Under the pieces are notes generated by a model. It had not been told where the DNA came from and ran no database searches. It saw nothing but the letters and a program-made list of their open reading frames with translations. This document shows, in pieces, positions 52,644 to 60,987 of a DNA stretch of 61,536 nt. The translations under genes were made by a program, and so were the position numbers. Position 1 is the stretch's first letter; every line of letters starts with the position of its first letter. The stretch lies in contig JAFYPW010000017.1 of the NCBI GenBank assembly GCA_017559985.1, positions 1 through 61,536 on the forward strand. Reading direction: 5' to 3'. This stretch comes from Oscillospiraceae bacterium. GTDB taxonomy: Bacteria; Bacillota; Clostridia; Oscillospirales; JAAYXM01.

Positions 52644-53686
52644 TTCCGGGCACCTCCTTTTTTTGATGCCCCGAAACGGACAGGGCGGCAAAGCTTATCC
52701 ATAAAGCACGCGACGCAGTTCATAATGAGAATTGCAAAGGTAACGCCGTCCTCATATACACCGAAATATCTTATAAGGAATGTGAGAATTCCGCATCCTA
52801 TACCGTAGTAAATTCTCCCTCGCGGTGTCACGGGGCTTGTTGCATAGTCCGTCGCGAGGAATACCGCACCGAAAAGAAGCCCGCCCGAGCATACACTGTA
52901 TATCGCCCAGAGATAACCCGGATTTCCGCCAAGCGGAAAAAGAAGCGAAAGTATTGCAACCGTTCCTACATATGCCGCGGGAATGTGTATTGTTATAACG
53001 CGACGCACAAGCAGATATATCGCCGCCGCAACGATAACGATTGCCGAAACCTCGCCCATCGCGCCGGCAACATTTCCGACCGCGACATCGCGAAGGCTTG
53101 ATATAACACCGGTGTTTCCGCCTGCAAAGCTCGGCAGATACCCGAGCTTCATCTTTCCGAGCGGTGTGAGAGATGCAATTATCTCAGGGTCAAGGGCTGC
53201 GCGGGAGACTCTTCCGAAAACAGATATCGCCCGCTCGCCAAGATTGGGCTTTATCCACACGGAAACAAGAGCCGGCCACGAATACATAAACGCGCGCGCC
53301 GTGAGTGCAGGGTTTAAGAAGTTCTTGCCGAGTCCGCCATAGAGCTTTTTAACAACAACAATTGCAAAAAACGCACCGAAAACCGGTATCCATACAGGAA
53401 CAGAGACTGGCAGACACAACGCAATAAGAAGGCCCGTAACGGTGCTTGTAAGGTCACGCACCGTGGTCTTCTGCTTTGTTACACGGTCATATCCCCACTC
53501 AAAAAACATACACGAAAAAACCGAAACAAGCGCTATAAGAAGCGTCCGCCAGCCAAAAAAGTAAACTGACATTATAAGCGGGAAAAGAAGCGCAACCAGA
53601 ACATCCGTCATTATATTGCGCGTGCTCTCCTCCGCCCTTATATGGGGAGAGGGTGATGTGAAAAATCTGTTACTTTCTATCTTCAT
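52640..53686 (-). CDS. rnfD: RnfD-like membrane subunit
   Basis: SPHIR, YGGLGKNFLNPAL, TPL, GAMGEVS, ATDYATSP, FAILIMN. Confidence 0.92.
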   Translation of the reverse strand: MKIESNRFFTSPSPHIRAEESTRNIMTDVLVALLFPLIMSVYFFGWRTLLIALVSVFSCMFFEWGYDRVTKQKTTVRDLTSTVTGLLIALCLPVSVPVWIPVFGAFFAIVVVKKLYGGLGKNFLNPALTARAFMYSWPALVSVWIKPNLGERAISVFGRVSRAALDPEIIASLTPLGKMKLGYLPSFAGGNTGVISSLRDVAVGNVAGAMGEVSAIVIVAAAIYLLVRRVITIHIPAAYVGTVAILSLLFPLGGNPGYLWAIYSVCSGGLLFGAVFLATDYATSPVTPRGRIYYGIGCGILTFLIRYFGVYEDGVTFAILIMNCVACFMDKLCRPVRFGASKKGGARK

Positions 53687-55010
53687 CTGTCTTCTCCTCC
53701 CGGTCTGTTTTTTCGGAAAGCTTCTCCTTTACGGTGCGGAAAGCCGACACAAGCGAAAGTCGCGCCGGGCAAACGTATGCACACGCTCCGCATTCCGTGC
53801 AGTCAGAAACACAAAGCTCTTCGCATTCGGAAAGCTCATCTGCCATAAAGCTTCTGTAAATATAAACCGGCAAAAGGTTCATGGGACAGACCTGCACACA
53901 TTTTCCGCAGTGGATGCAGGTTGTTTCGCACGGGAGCTCCCCCTCACCGCCGCAAAAGGCTATAAGCACATTTGTTCCCTTTATCACGGGAACGTCGAGT
54001 GAAGAAACGGATGTTCCCATCATCGGTCCGCCAATGATGATTTTATCCGGATGTTCCAGAAAACCGCCACAGGCTTCAAAAATCTCACCAATGGGTGTTC
54101 CGATCTTCACGATAAGGTTTTTCGGGTTTGCAACGGCAGAGCCGGTTACCGTAACCACACGCTCGGTGAGCGGAGTTCCGCTGCGAACCGCGCGCGAAAG
54201 CGCAACGGCGGTGGAAACGTTCATCGTCATAACAGCGACGTCAGACGCATCTCTTCCCGCGGGAAGCTCCCTTCCCGTGACCGAGCGGATTATCTGACGC
54301 TCCGCACCCTGCGGATATTTGCTGTGCACAATCGTCATCTTTATACCGGGCTTTTTTGCAAGTGTTCTTCGAAGCTCGGCTATTGCATGGGGCTTGTCCG
54401 ATGCAACGGCAATATACACATTCTTCACGCCGAGTGCCTGTGCCGTTATGAGCGCACCGTCGTAAAGAGTTTCCGTTTCTTCAATCATAATGCGATTGTC
54501 AGCCGTGGCATACGGCTCACACTCCGCACCGTTTATTATAAGCGTATCAACAATATCTTTCGACGCACGAAGCTTTTCAGAAAGCGGGGCTGCGCTTCCG
54601 CCAAGGCCCACGATTCCCGCATCCCTTGCAATCTCTGCAAGCTCGTCCGCTCCGAGTGCAACAAACCGTTCAAGCGGAGGGAAAATCTCCTCGCGCTCAT
54701 CTGCAAAATCATTTTCTATAACAACCGACAAAACCTCATCACCGTTCGGGTGCAGACGCGGCTCAATCGCAGTCACTCTTCCCGAAACGGAGGCGTGGCA
54801 CGGGGCAGAGTTTGGGTTTGTGCTCTCGCCTATCTTCTGCCCGAGTTTCACATAGTCGCCAATCTCAACTATGGGACTGCACATAGCACCCTTGTGCATA
54901 AGCAAAGGGATGACCACCTCACGCGGAGGCTTCATCTCATCTATCGGTTTTCTTTCGGTACGGCTCTTTTTGCTATCAAGATGTATTCCGCCTTTGAAAA
55001 TAAAGGACAT
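53670..55010 (-). CDS. rnfC: RnfC-like NADH/FMN/2x[4Fe-4S] subunit
   Basis: FKGGIH, HASVSG, GIVGLGG, NGAECEPY, YPQGAE, GGPMMG, CIHCGKCVQVCP, CTECGACAYVCP. Confidence 0.93.
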   Translation of the reverse strand: MSFIFKGGIHLDSKKSRTERKPIDEMKPPREVVIPLLMHKGAMCSPIVEIGDYVKLGQKIGESTNPNSAPCHASVSGRVTAIEPRLHPNGDEVLSVVIENDFADEREEIFPPLERFVALGADELAEIARDAGIVGLGGSAAPLSEKLRASKDIVDTLIINGAECEPYATADNRIMIEETETLYDGALITAQALGVKNVYIAVASDKPHAIAELRRTLAKKPGIKMTIVHSKYPQGAERQIIRSVTGRELPAGRDASDVAVMTMNVSTAVALSRAVRSGTPLTERVVTVTGSAVANPKNLIVKIGTPIGEIFEACGGFLEHPDKIIIGGPMMGTSVSSLDVPVIKGTNVLIAFCGGEGELPCETTCIHCGKCVQVCPMNLLPVYIYRSFMADELSECEELCVSDCTECGACAYVCPARLSLVSAFRTVKEKLSEKTDREEKTDEDRK

Positions 55011-55044
55011 AGTTTCACCTCGTCAAAAAAGTATATACATATTT

Positions 55045-55073
55045 ATTTTACAACAATTATGCCATTCTTGCAA
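55045..55073 (-). promoter_or_regulatory. Sigma-A promoter for the Rnf-like operon
   Basis: TTGCAA-17 nt-TAAAAT; GAGGTG RBS before rnfC. Confidence 0.6.
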
Positions 55074-55100
55074 GCTTTGTTAATATTTTGCGTTTTTGTG

Positions 55101-55129
55101 TTGTGTTATTTTGCTTTCGGTAGTATAAT
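55101..55129 (+). promoter_or_regulatory. Sigma-A-type promoter for upp (divergent from rnfC)
   Basis: TTGTGT-17 nt-TATAAT; GGGAG RBS. Confidence 0.5.
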
Positions 55130-55156
55130 AAAGAAAAAAACAGGGAGACGTGAAAA

Positions 55157-55786
55157 ATGGGAAAACTTAACATTATTGACCATCCGCTTATTTTGCACAA
55201 GCTTACAAAAATGCGTGATAAAAACACCGGCTCCAAGGATTTTCGTGAGCTTCTCAACGAAATTGCCCTTCTTATGGGATACGAAATAACCCGCACACTT
55301 CCACTCCGTGATGTTGAAATTGAAACTCCTATGGGCAAGATGAACGCCAAGGAAATTGCAGGCAAAAAGCTTGCCATCGTTCCTATTCTGCGTGCCGGTA
55401 TCGGTATGGTTGACGGTCTTCTTACCCTCCTGCCCGTTGCGAAGGTGGGCCACATAGGTCTTTACCGCAACGAGGAGACTCACAAACCCGTTTTCTACTA
55501 CTGCAAGCTTCCGTCTGACATCGAAAACCGTATGGTCATCGTTACCGACCCGATGCTCGCAACCGGCGGAAGCGCGGTTGATGCAATCGCACTCCTTAAA
55601 GAAAAGGGTTGCTCACAGATTAAGCTTATGTGCCTTGTTGCGGCTCCCGAGGGTGTCCGCGCGGTGCAGGAAGCACACCCCGATGTCGACATCTACGTCG
55701 CATCTCTTGACGAGTGCCTGAACAAAGACGCATACATCGTTCCGGGTCTTGGCGACGCGGGCGACAGAATCTTCGGCACAAAGTAA
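55157..55786 (+). CDS. upp: Uracil phosphoribosyltransferase
   Basis: [41 protein letters not shown]. Confidence 0.97.
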   Translation: MGKLNIIDHPLILHKLTKMRDKNTGSKDFRELLNEIALLMGYEITRTLPLRDVEIETPMGKMNAKEIAGKKLAIVPILRAGIGMVDGLLTLLPVAKVGHIGLYRNEETHKPVFYYCKLPSDIENRMVIVTDPMLATGGSAVDAIALLKEKGCSQIKLMCLVAAPEGVRAVQEAHPDVDIYVASLDECLNKDAYIVPGLGDAGDRIFGTK

Positions 55787-55800
55787 ATTATATTAAACAG

Positions 55801-55832
55801 AAAAGCAAGGGTAAATATACCCTTGCTTTTTT
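55801..55832. terminator. Bidirectional terminator between upp and folA
   Basis: AAAAGCAAGGGTA-aata-TACCCTTGCTTTT between convergent genes. Confidence 0.85.
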
Positions 55833-56317
55833 TATTTTCTTTTGTATGTGACAAACCTAAAACGAAGTCCCTCGTGCTCCTTTTCGGGTGAGGAGTAAAC
55901 CTCTTCCCAGTCGGGCATCGCGTCAAAGTCTGATATATGGCGGTCTGCCTCGCTTTCTGCGTCTATCTTTGTTATGTATGCCGTGTCGCAGAACGGAAGC
56001 ATATCGCGGTAAACACTCTCTCCGCCTATTACGAAAACATCCGCACCCGGTGTATCAGAAACAAGCGTTGCCGCCTCTTTGGGAGTTTTGCAAACCTCCG
56101 CGCCGGGAATCTCTCCGAGTGTGCGGGAGAGAATGATGTTCCGACGCTTCGGAAGCGGTTTTCCACCCGGAAGGGACTCGAGCGTCGCCCGTCCCATTAT
56201 GACAGTTTTGCCAGAGGTTGTCTCTCTGAAAAATTTCATATCTTCGGGGATGCTGTAAATAAGGTCGCCGCCCTTACCTATTCCCCAGGCTTTGTCGGCT
56301 GCTGCGATAATGTTCAT
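55832..56317 (-). CDS. folA: Dihydrofolate reductase
   Basis: WGIGKGGDL, IPEDMKFF, MGRAT, PLPKRRNI, IGG. Confidence 0.95.
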   Translation of the reverse strand: MNIIAAADKAWGIGKGGDLIYSIPEDMKFFRETTSGKTVIMGRATLESLPGGKPLPKRRNIILSRTLGEIPGAEVCKTPKEAATLVSDTPGADVFVIGGESVYRDMLPFCDTAYITKIDAESEADRHISDFDAMPDWEEVYSSPEKEHEGLRFRFVTYKRK

Positions 56318-56332
56318 AACAAAACTTCCTTT

Positions 56333-57163
56333 TTAGATTGCTACCGGGATTTTTGAGTCAAAATCGCTGTATTGGTATCCTTCAAGCTTAAAGTCGTCTA
56401 CCGTAAAATCATAGAAGTCGCGCTTTTCGGGATTCATAATAAACTTGGGCGCGTCAAAGGTTTCTTTCTTCATAAGCTCTTCAACAAGCGGAATGTGGCG
56501 GTCGTAGATGTGCGCGTCTGCGATAACGTGCATAAGCTCGCCCGGCAAAAGATTGCTGACCTGCGCCATCATATGTACCAGCACGGCATACTGACACGTA
56601 TTCCAGCCGTTTGCAGTGAGCATATCCTGCGAGCGCTGATGGAGTATCGCGTTGAGCTTATTGCCCGAAACGTTGAACGTAACGCTGTATGCACACGGAT
56701 AGAGCTGCATATCGCAAAGCTCGTCGTGGTTATATATATTCGTCATAATTCTGCGGCTTGTCGGGTTGTTTTTCAGGTCATACAAAACGCGGTCAACCTG
56801 GTCAAACATACCTTCGCGATATTTATGCTTCTTCCCGAGCTGATAGCCGTAAGCCTTGCCTATCGTGCCGTTTTCGTCCTGCCACGAATCCCAGATACGG
56901 CTTTTAAGCTCTGATACGCGGTTTGACTTCTTCTGCCATATCCACAAAAGCTCGTCTATCGCAGATTTGAGCGCCGTGCGGCGTACCGTAAGAATCGGAA
57001 ACTCCTCAGATAAGTCGTAGCGGTTTACAACACCGAATTTCTTTATCGTATGTGCAGGTGTTCCGTCCTCCCAGCGCGGGCGGACCTCATAGTCAGTATC
57101 CCACACACCGTTTTTGAGTATATCCTTACAATTTTCAATAAAAAGCGAATCTGCTCTGCTCAT
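56333..57163 (-). CDS. thyA: Thymidylate synthase; start at MSRAD
   Basis: ELLWIW, SRR, LYPC, QRSQD, DAHIY; GAGGTGA RBS. Confidence 0.95.
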   Translation of the reverse strand: MSRADSLFIENCKDILKNGVWDTDYEVRPRWEDGTPAHTIKKFGVVNRYDLSEEFPILTVRRTALKSAIDELLWIWQKKSNRVSELKSRIWDSWQDENGTIGKAYGYQLGKKHKYREGMFDQVDRVLYDLKNNPTSRRIMTNIYNHDELCDMQLYPCAYSVTFNVSGNKLNAILHQRSQDMLTANGWNTCQYAVLVHMMAQVSNLLPGELMHVIADAHIYDRHIPLVEELMKKETFDAPKFIMNPEKRDFYDFTVDDFKLEGYQYSDFDSKIPVAI

Positions 57164-57197
57164 ACCTCTCACCTCGAGTTTTATTATATCAAGTTGT
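57161..57197. repeat. Imperfect direct repeat, copy 1 (thyA extended -10, RBS and ATG)
   Basis: CAT-a-CCTCTCACCTC-gagtttt-ATTATATCAAGTTGT; second copy at 59500-59537. Confidence 0.8.
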
Positions 57198-57206
57198 GCA
57201 CAAAAT

Positions 57207-58376
57207 CTATAGCTTCTTAATTAAATTAAACAGTCCTAATGGCATATGCAATTTCATATTGCTTCTTAATCTGCCTTTGAGGTTGTTTTTCCTGTATTGT
57301 TTCGCAATATCGGAAATTCTTCCGTTTTTGCAGGCATCCATATATTTATCCCATTTTGTTCCCTTAACTGTGGGGTGGCGCAAACAAGTATTGCCGTTTA
57401 CAACCGCATTATAGTCGACTTCTTCCGTTGTCATTTTCGAGCTCAAAACACTTAACAGGCTCATTGCCTTTTCATTATTGAACATACAAACAGAAATTCC
57501 GTTAATTCTATCACAGGAGAGTTTAACTCTATTGTGTCCCCAAAAATCACCAAGGGTAATATCCCCTATTCGGTTTTCCGTTGCATATCTGCACTCAAAA
57601 CAACTTGGCCGCATAAGATTTCCCACAGAAAAACCATACATATAAAACTCGTCATTTTTACCGATGTTTTTAGTCTTTCCTTTAAAATCGGTAAATTCCG
57701 CGGTGATTCTCTGCCATGTATATTTTTTACTTCTGAAATTAAAGTCGGTTATCTTTGTTTTGTGCTTGTTCTCAAGGTATTTAACAAATTCTCTGAACAT
57801 TGCATACGAGGGAACACCGTGGCAAATTAAATCAACCGTGATTAAATTTTCATAACCCTTGCCAAGATATCCCTTGAGCGCTCCCACCTGGCACGGCGTA
57901 CCCGTAAACAGAACCGTTTTCCCTGCCTCAAGCCTTTCTTTTGCGTCACGATATACAAGCCCCGTATCGCTCTGAACATACTTGGACTTACGCATCAAAA
58001 GATAATCATCCTTCTTTTCAGAGCAGATATGTATGGGTTTCAACTCATCGTCATATACACACCCACAGACTGCGCCGCCGTTTTCAAGAATGTGTTCTGC
58101 CAATACTGAAAAAGCACCGCCGGAGCTGCTTTTCATAAGGATGTCTTTATCTTTTATTGTGCATGCATACGCTTTTAACGGATAAATCAGCTCCATATCA
58201 AAAACTTTTTTGCAGGTCTTTGAACACAAATTGCACTCAATGCACTTTTTTTCATCAATTACCGGATGTAAAAAACCATAGTTGTTTTCCTGTAATTTTA
58301 CGGCATCTTTTGGACAAACATTTGCACACGCCCCACAACCTGTGCACTTGTCAGGAGTTTCGCAAATCTGAATCAT
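57207..58376 (-). CDS. FrhB/F420H2-dehydrogenase-subunit-like Fe-S protein (polysaccharide-locus type)
   Basis: CTGCGACANVCP, CIECNLCSKTC, SSSGG, SKYVQS, GTPCQ, DLICHGVPS, RPSCFEC, DITLGDFWG; AT-rich. Confidence 0.9.
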   Translation of the reverse strand: MIQICETPDKCTGCGACANVCPKDAVKLQENNYGFLHPVIDEKKCIECNLCSKTCKKVFDMELIYPLKAYACTIKDKDILMKSSSGGAFSVLAEHILENGGAVCGCVYDDELKPIHICSEKKDDYLLMRKSKYVQSDTGLVYRDAKERLEAGKTVLFTGTPCQVGALKGYLGKGYENLITVDLICHGVPSYAMFREFVKYLENKHKTKITDFNFRSKKYTWQRITAEFTDFKGKTKNIGKNDEFYMYGFSVGNLMRPSCFECRYATENRIGDITLGDFWGHNRVKLSCDRINGISVCMFNNEKAMSLLSVLSSKMTTEEVDYNAVVNGNTCLRHPTVKGTKWDKYMDACKNGRISDIAKQYRKNNLKGRLRSNMKLHMPLGLFNLIKKL

Positions 58377-58377
58377 T

Positions 58378-59502
58378 TTAGTTCACACTCCGCTCGATTG
58401 CGTTATAGAGATACTCGATAGACTGCCTTTTTCTTGTTTCTTTGTTCTCATTTATACGGACATAGTCAAGCGGTGTGATTTTAGAAAAGTCATAAATTTC
58501 GTCTATGTATCTGCCTTCTATTTCAAACAACTTTAAAACTTCGGAAATCCTTGGATTTGTCACAACGCTCACTTTTTTTAACAATCCTACGAAAAACTCT
58601 TTTTCAAATATAATCGAAAAACATATTCCGTGAAAGCTGTTGGTTACAATGTATGAGGCATTATCCATATACCCCAGCCACTTTTCCGGCCCTACGGCAT
58701 ATATAGGTCTGTCGTTTTTTCCATACATCCAATGCTTGACAACCTTAACCACTTCTAAATTATGGAATTCAGCAAGCTTTTTTGCGTATTCTGTGATTTC
58801 TTTTGAATCTTCACGCAAATACACAAATACGTATTTCTTTCTTGCAGGAGCTTTTTCAAGTTTGCGATATTCTTCCTTATCCGTCAACAACGACGGGTCT
58901 AAAACCCATTCTGCCTTTTTCCCTGAAAGTTCGGAAACTATTTCAACACCGTACCTTTCTCTTACAGAAACAGCTGCAAAATCGGATATAAGTTTTTTTG
59001 CCTCATCAATTTTATTTTCAGGCACTCTGCTTTGTCCAAAACTTGCTGCATATGAAATCTTTTTCTTGTTGTCATTTACAAAATCCAGGAAGTAGGTTTC
59101 ATCTACATTGCAACTGCCGTAATTCCATACCTGGTCGCTTCCGACAACAAAACAATCATACCTTTTTTCTATCTGATTCAAATCATCTCTTGTAACAGGT
59201 TTACGGGAAAATCCGCAATAGTGTCTATTGAAAAACTTTTCATACCTGTGCATTCTCACAGGGTGTGCTATGATTCTTGCTATCCATTCGATTATCAGGC
59301 GTGGTGTCCACTTTTTCAAAGGGCCAAAAAATACAGTCTTACCTATTACAGGCTTTCCCGCACTTGTCTTTTGGTAATTGATTATATGCGCTTTTAAGCC
59401 TTCTTTTTTTGAAATATTTTGTTGGAGGGAATATGCTTGCAATACCGAGCCCGGATTACTTGAATAAGAAAATGTCAAAATCCCTATTTTCTTTTCTCTC
59501 AT
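58378..59502 (-). CDS. Polysaccharide pyruvyl transferase family protein; start at MREKK
   Basis: NPGSVLQAYSL, VGSDQVWN, SYAASFG, SVRE, LDP, TNSFHG. Confidence 0.9.
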   Translation of the reverse strand: MREKKIGILTFSYSSNPGSVLQAYSLQQNISKKEGLKAHIINYQKTSAGKPVIGKTVFFGPLKKWTPRLIIEWIARIIAHPVRMHRYEKFFNRHYCGFSRKPVTRDDLNQIEKRYDCFVVGSDQVWNYGSCNVDETYFLDFVNDNKKKISYAASFGQSRVPENKIDEAKKLISDFAAVSVRERYGVEIVSELSGKKAEWVLDPSLLTDKEEYRKLEKAPARKKYVFVYLREDSKEITEYAKKLAEFHNLEVVKVVKHWMYGKNDRPIYAVGPEKWLGYMDNASYIVTNSFHGICFSIIFEKEFFVGLLKKVSVVTNPRISEVLKLFEIEGRYIDEIYDFSKITPLDYVRINENKETRKRQSIEYLYNAIERSVN

Positions 59503-59537
59503 TCCTCTCACCTCTTGTGTTAATTATATCAAGTTGT
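59500..59537. repeat. Imperfect direct repeat, copy 2 (upstream of the pyruvyl transferase)
   Basis: CAT-t-CCTCTCACCTC-ttgtgtta-ATTATATCAAGTTGT. Confidence 0.8.
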
Positions 59538-59593
59538 ATGACATTTTTCAAGGAAAAGAAAAAAGGAAAAGCCGGGCGAAAAATCGTCCGGTT

Positions 59594-59797
59594 TTAATCT
59601 TTGGGGATAAACTCCGCAATATCCTCTAATCTGCATTCAAGTACTTTACACAACTTTGACAATGTTTTTGTCTCTATGTTTTCATTTGCCCTAAGGCAGC
59701 AAATTGTCTTGCTGTCTATTCCGCATTTTTCTCTCAACATATATGTTGAGACACCTTTTTCTTTCATTGTACTCCAAAGCCTGTCAAATACTATCAT
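59594..59797 (-). CDS. Small Cro/C1-type (XRE) HTH protein
   Basis: MIVFDRLW..MKEKGVS.Y.L...TLSKLCKVLECRLEDIAEF, a typical ~67-aa clostridial XRE. Confidence 0.8.
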   Translation of the reverse strand: MIVFDRLWSTMKEKGVSTYMLREKCGIDSKTICCLRANENIETKTLSKLCKVLECRLEDIAEFIPKD

Positions 59798-59883
59798 ATA
59801 ACCCACCCCTTGACATTTATTATGGGGGTTATAATCTAAAATATTAAGGGGATATATTCCCCATATAAAGAGGTTGTATTATT

Positions 59884-60348
59884 TTGAAAAACAAAACTTG
59901 TTGTTTTACAGGATACCGTGAGCTTTCTTTTTGGGATAGTCTTATACTCAGTTGCAAACTCAAAAAAGAGATTAAAAAGCTTGTAGGTCTTGGTGTTATT
60001 TATTTTGGTAATGGCGGTGCAAGAGACTTTGACACAATTGCTGCAAAAGCGGTTCTGAAAATGAAAAAACATTACCCTGATATACACTTAATACTCGTGT
60101 TGCCTTGCGCTGAACACACTTCAAATTGGAATTCTTACGACAAAGAAGAGTTTGAATATGTAAAACTGCACGCAGATAAAGTAAAAGTTCTATCAAACCA
60201 TTATTACAGCGGGTGTATGCATACTAGAAACCGTCATTTGGTTGATAATTCTTCTTATTGTATTTGCTACAAACGAAAAGATTTTGGCGACACTGCATAT
60301 ACTGTCAATTATGCAATAAAAAGAATCCTTAGAATAATAGAGCTTTGA
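59884..60348 (+). CDS. SLOG/DUF1273 (YspA-like) protein, possibly decaying
   Basis: TCCFTGYR, GGARDFD, LVLPC, GCMHTRNRHLVDNS, DTAYTV; GAGG RBS with TTG start. Confidence 0.75.
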   Translation: MKNKTCCFTGYRELSFWDSLILSCKLKKEIKKLVGLGVIYFGNGGARDFDTIAAKAVLKMKKHYPDIHLILVLPCAEHTSNWNSYDKEEFEYVKLHADKVKVLSNHYYSGCMHTRNRHLVDNSSYCICYKRKDFGDTAYTVNYAIKRILRIIEL

Positions 60349-60354
60349 TCAATA

Positions 60355-60386
60355 AAAACAGCACCGACTGTGTCGGTGCTGTTTTT
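60355..60386. terminator. Bidirectional terminator between the SLOG gene and tRNA-Val
   Basis: AAAACAGCACCGAC-tgt-GTCGGTGCTGTTTT. Confidence 0.85.
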
Positions 60387-60461
60387 GGTGGACGATAACG
60401 GACTCGAACCGCTGACCCTCTGCACGTCAAGCAGATGCTCTACCAGCTGAGCTAATCGTCC
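60386..60461 (-). tRNA. tRNA-Val(GAC)
   Basis: GGACGATTAGCTCAGCTGGTAGAGCATCTGCTT-GAC-GTGCAGAGGGTCAGCGGTTCGAGTCCGTTATCGTCCACCA; 76 nt with encoded CCA. Confidence 0.97.
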
Positions 60462-60480
60462 TCAAACGTGAACGCTAATT

Positions 60481-60509
60481 ATTATAACCAAGACAAACCT
60501 TTTTGTCAA
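60481..60509 (-). promoter_or_regulatory. Consensus sigma-A promoter of tRNA-Val
   Basis: Perfect TTGACA-17 nt-TATAAT. Confidence 0.8.
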
Positions 60510-60585
60510 GCTTTTTTCCGAGAAAACATAAAAAATCCCGCAGCAGATGTGCAGGACTTTTTATGTTCAATGTTAAATTACCGGA

Positions 60586-60843
60586 TTACTGAGCAGCGTT
60601 AGCCTTTTTTGCAAGACGGCTCTTTTTACGAGCTGCGCAATTCTTGTGGATAAGTCCCTTACGAACTGCGATATCAATGCTCTGTGCTGCTGTGTTGTAT
60701 GCTGCCGAAGCGTCGCCGCCCTCGGAAATAGCAGCCTCGCACTTTTTGAGCGATGTTTTAAGCTGCGTTTTTGCGACCTGGTTACGAGCTGCATAAACCT
60801 TTGTCAATTCAACACGCTTTTTTGCAGATTTGATATTGGGCAA
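60586..60843 (-). CDS. rpsT: 30S ribosomal protein S20; TTG start
   Basis: PNIKSAKKR, KGLIHKN.AARKKSRL; AAGGAGGTG RBS. Confidence 0.96.
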   Translation of the reverse strand: MPNIKSAKKRVELTKVYAARNQVAKTQLKTSLKKCEAAISEGGDASAAYNTAAQSIDIAVRKGLIHKNCAARKKSRLAKKANAAQ

Positions 60844-60877
60844 AGCGTCCACCTCCTTATTTTTTAGGTACCGAATT

Positions 60878-60906
60878 ATTTTACCATTTATATTATAATA
60901 TTGCAA
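60878..60906 (-). promoter_or_regulatory. Sigma-A promoter for rpsT
   Basis: TTGCAA-17 nt-TAAAAT with extended -10 TG. Confidence 0.6.
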
Positions 60907-60934
60907 GAGTTTTTTTGAAATTTTTTAAAAATTT

Positions 60935-60963
60935 GTATACCTCGTAGAAAAGAGCAGAAAATA
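60935..60963 (+). promoter_or_regulatory. Possible forespore (sigma-F/G-type) promoter for gpr
   Basis: GTATA-14 nt-GCAGAAAATA resembles the sigma-F consensus GYATA-15-GGNNANAHTA; spacing is one short. Confidence 0.35.
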
Positions 60964-60987
60964 AGCTGTGAGATTGGGGTGGTTTTT

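Noticed and set aside
54051-55289. 412-aa plus-strand ORF and other long antisense ORFs (e.g. 7629-8453, 9385-10362, 13493-14281, 51353-52183)
   Set aside because: They shadow well-supported minus-strand genes and show no recognisable motifs.
48796-58376. An F420 pathway implied by the CofE-like and FrhB-like genes
   Set aside because: The genes are unlinked and differ in composition, no other cof/fbi genes are present, and both families occur in organisms without F420.
57200-60461. Intact prophage, ICE or IS at tRNA-Val
   Set aside because: No integrase or transposase, and I found no duplicated tRNA 3' end (att site) by eye.
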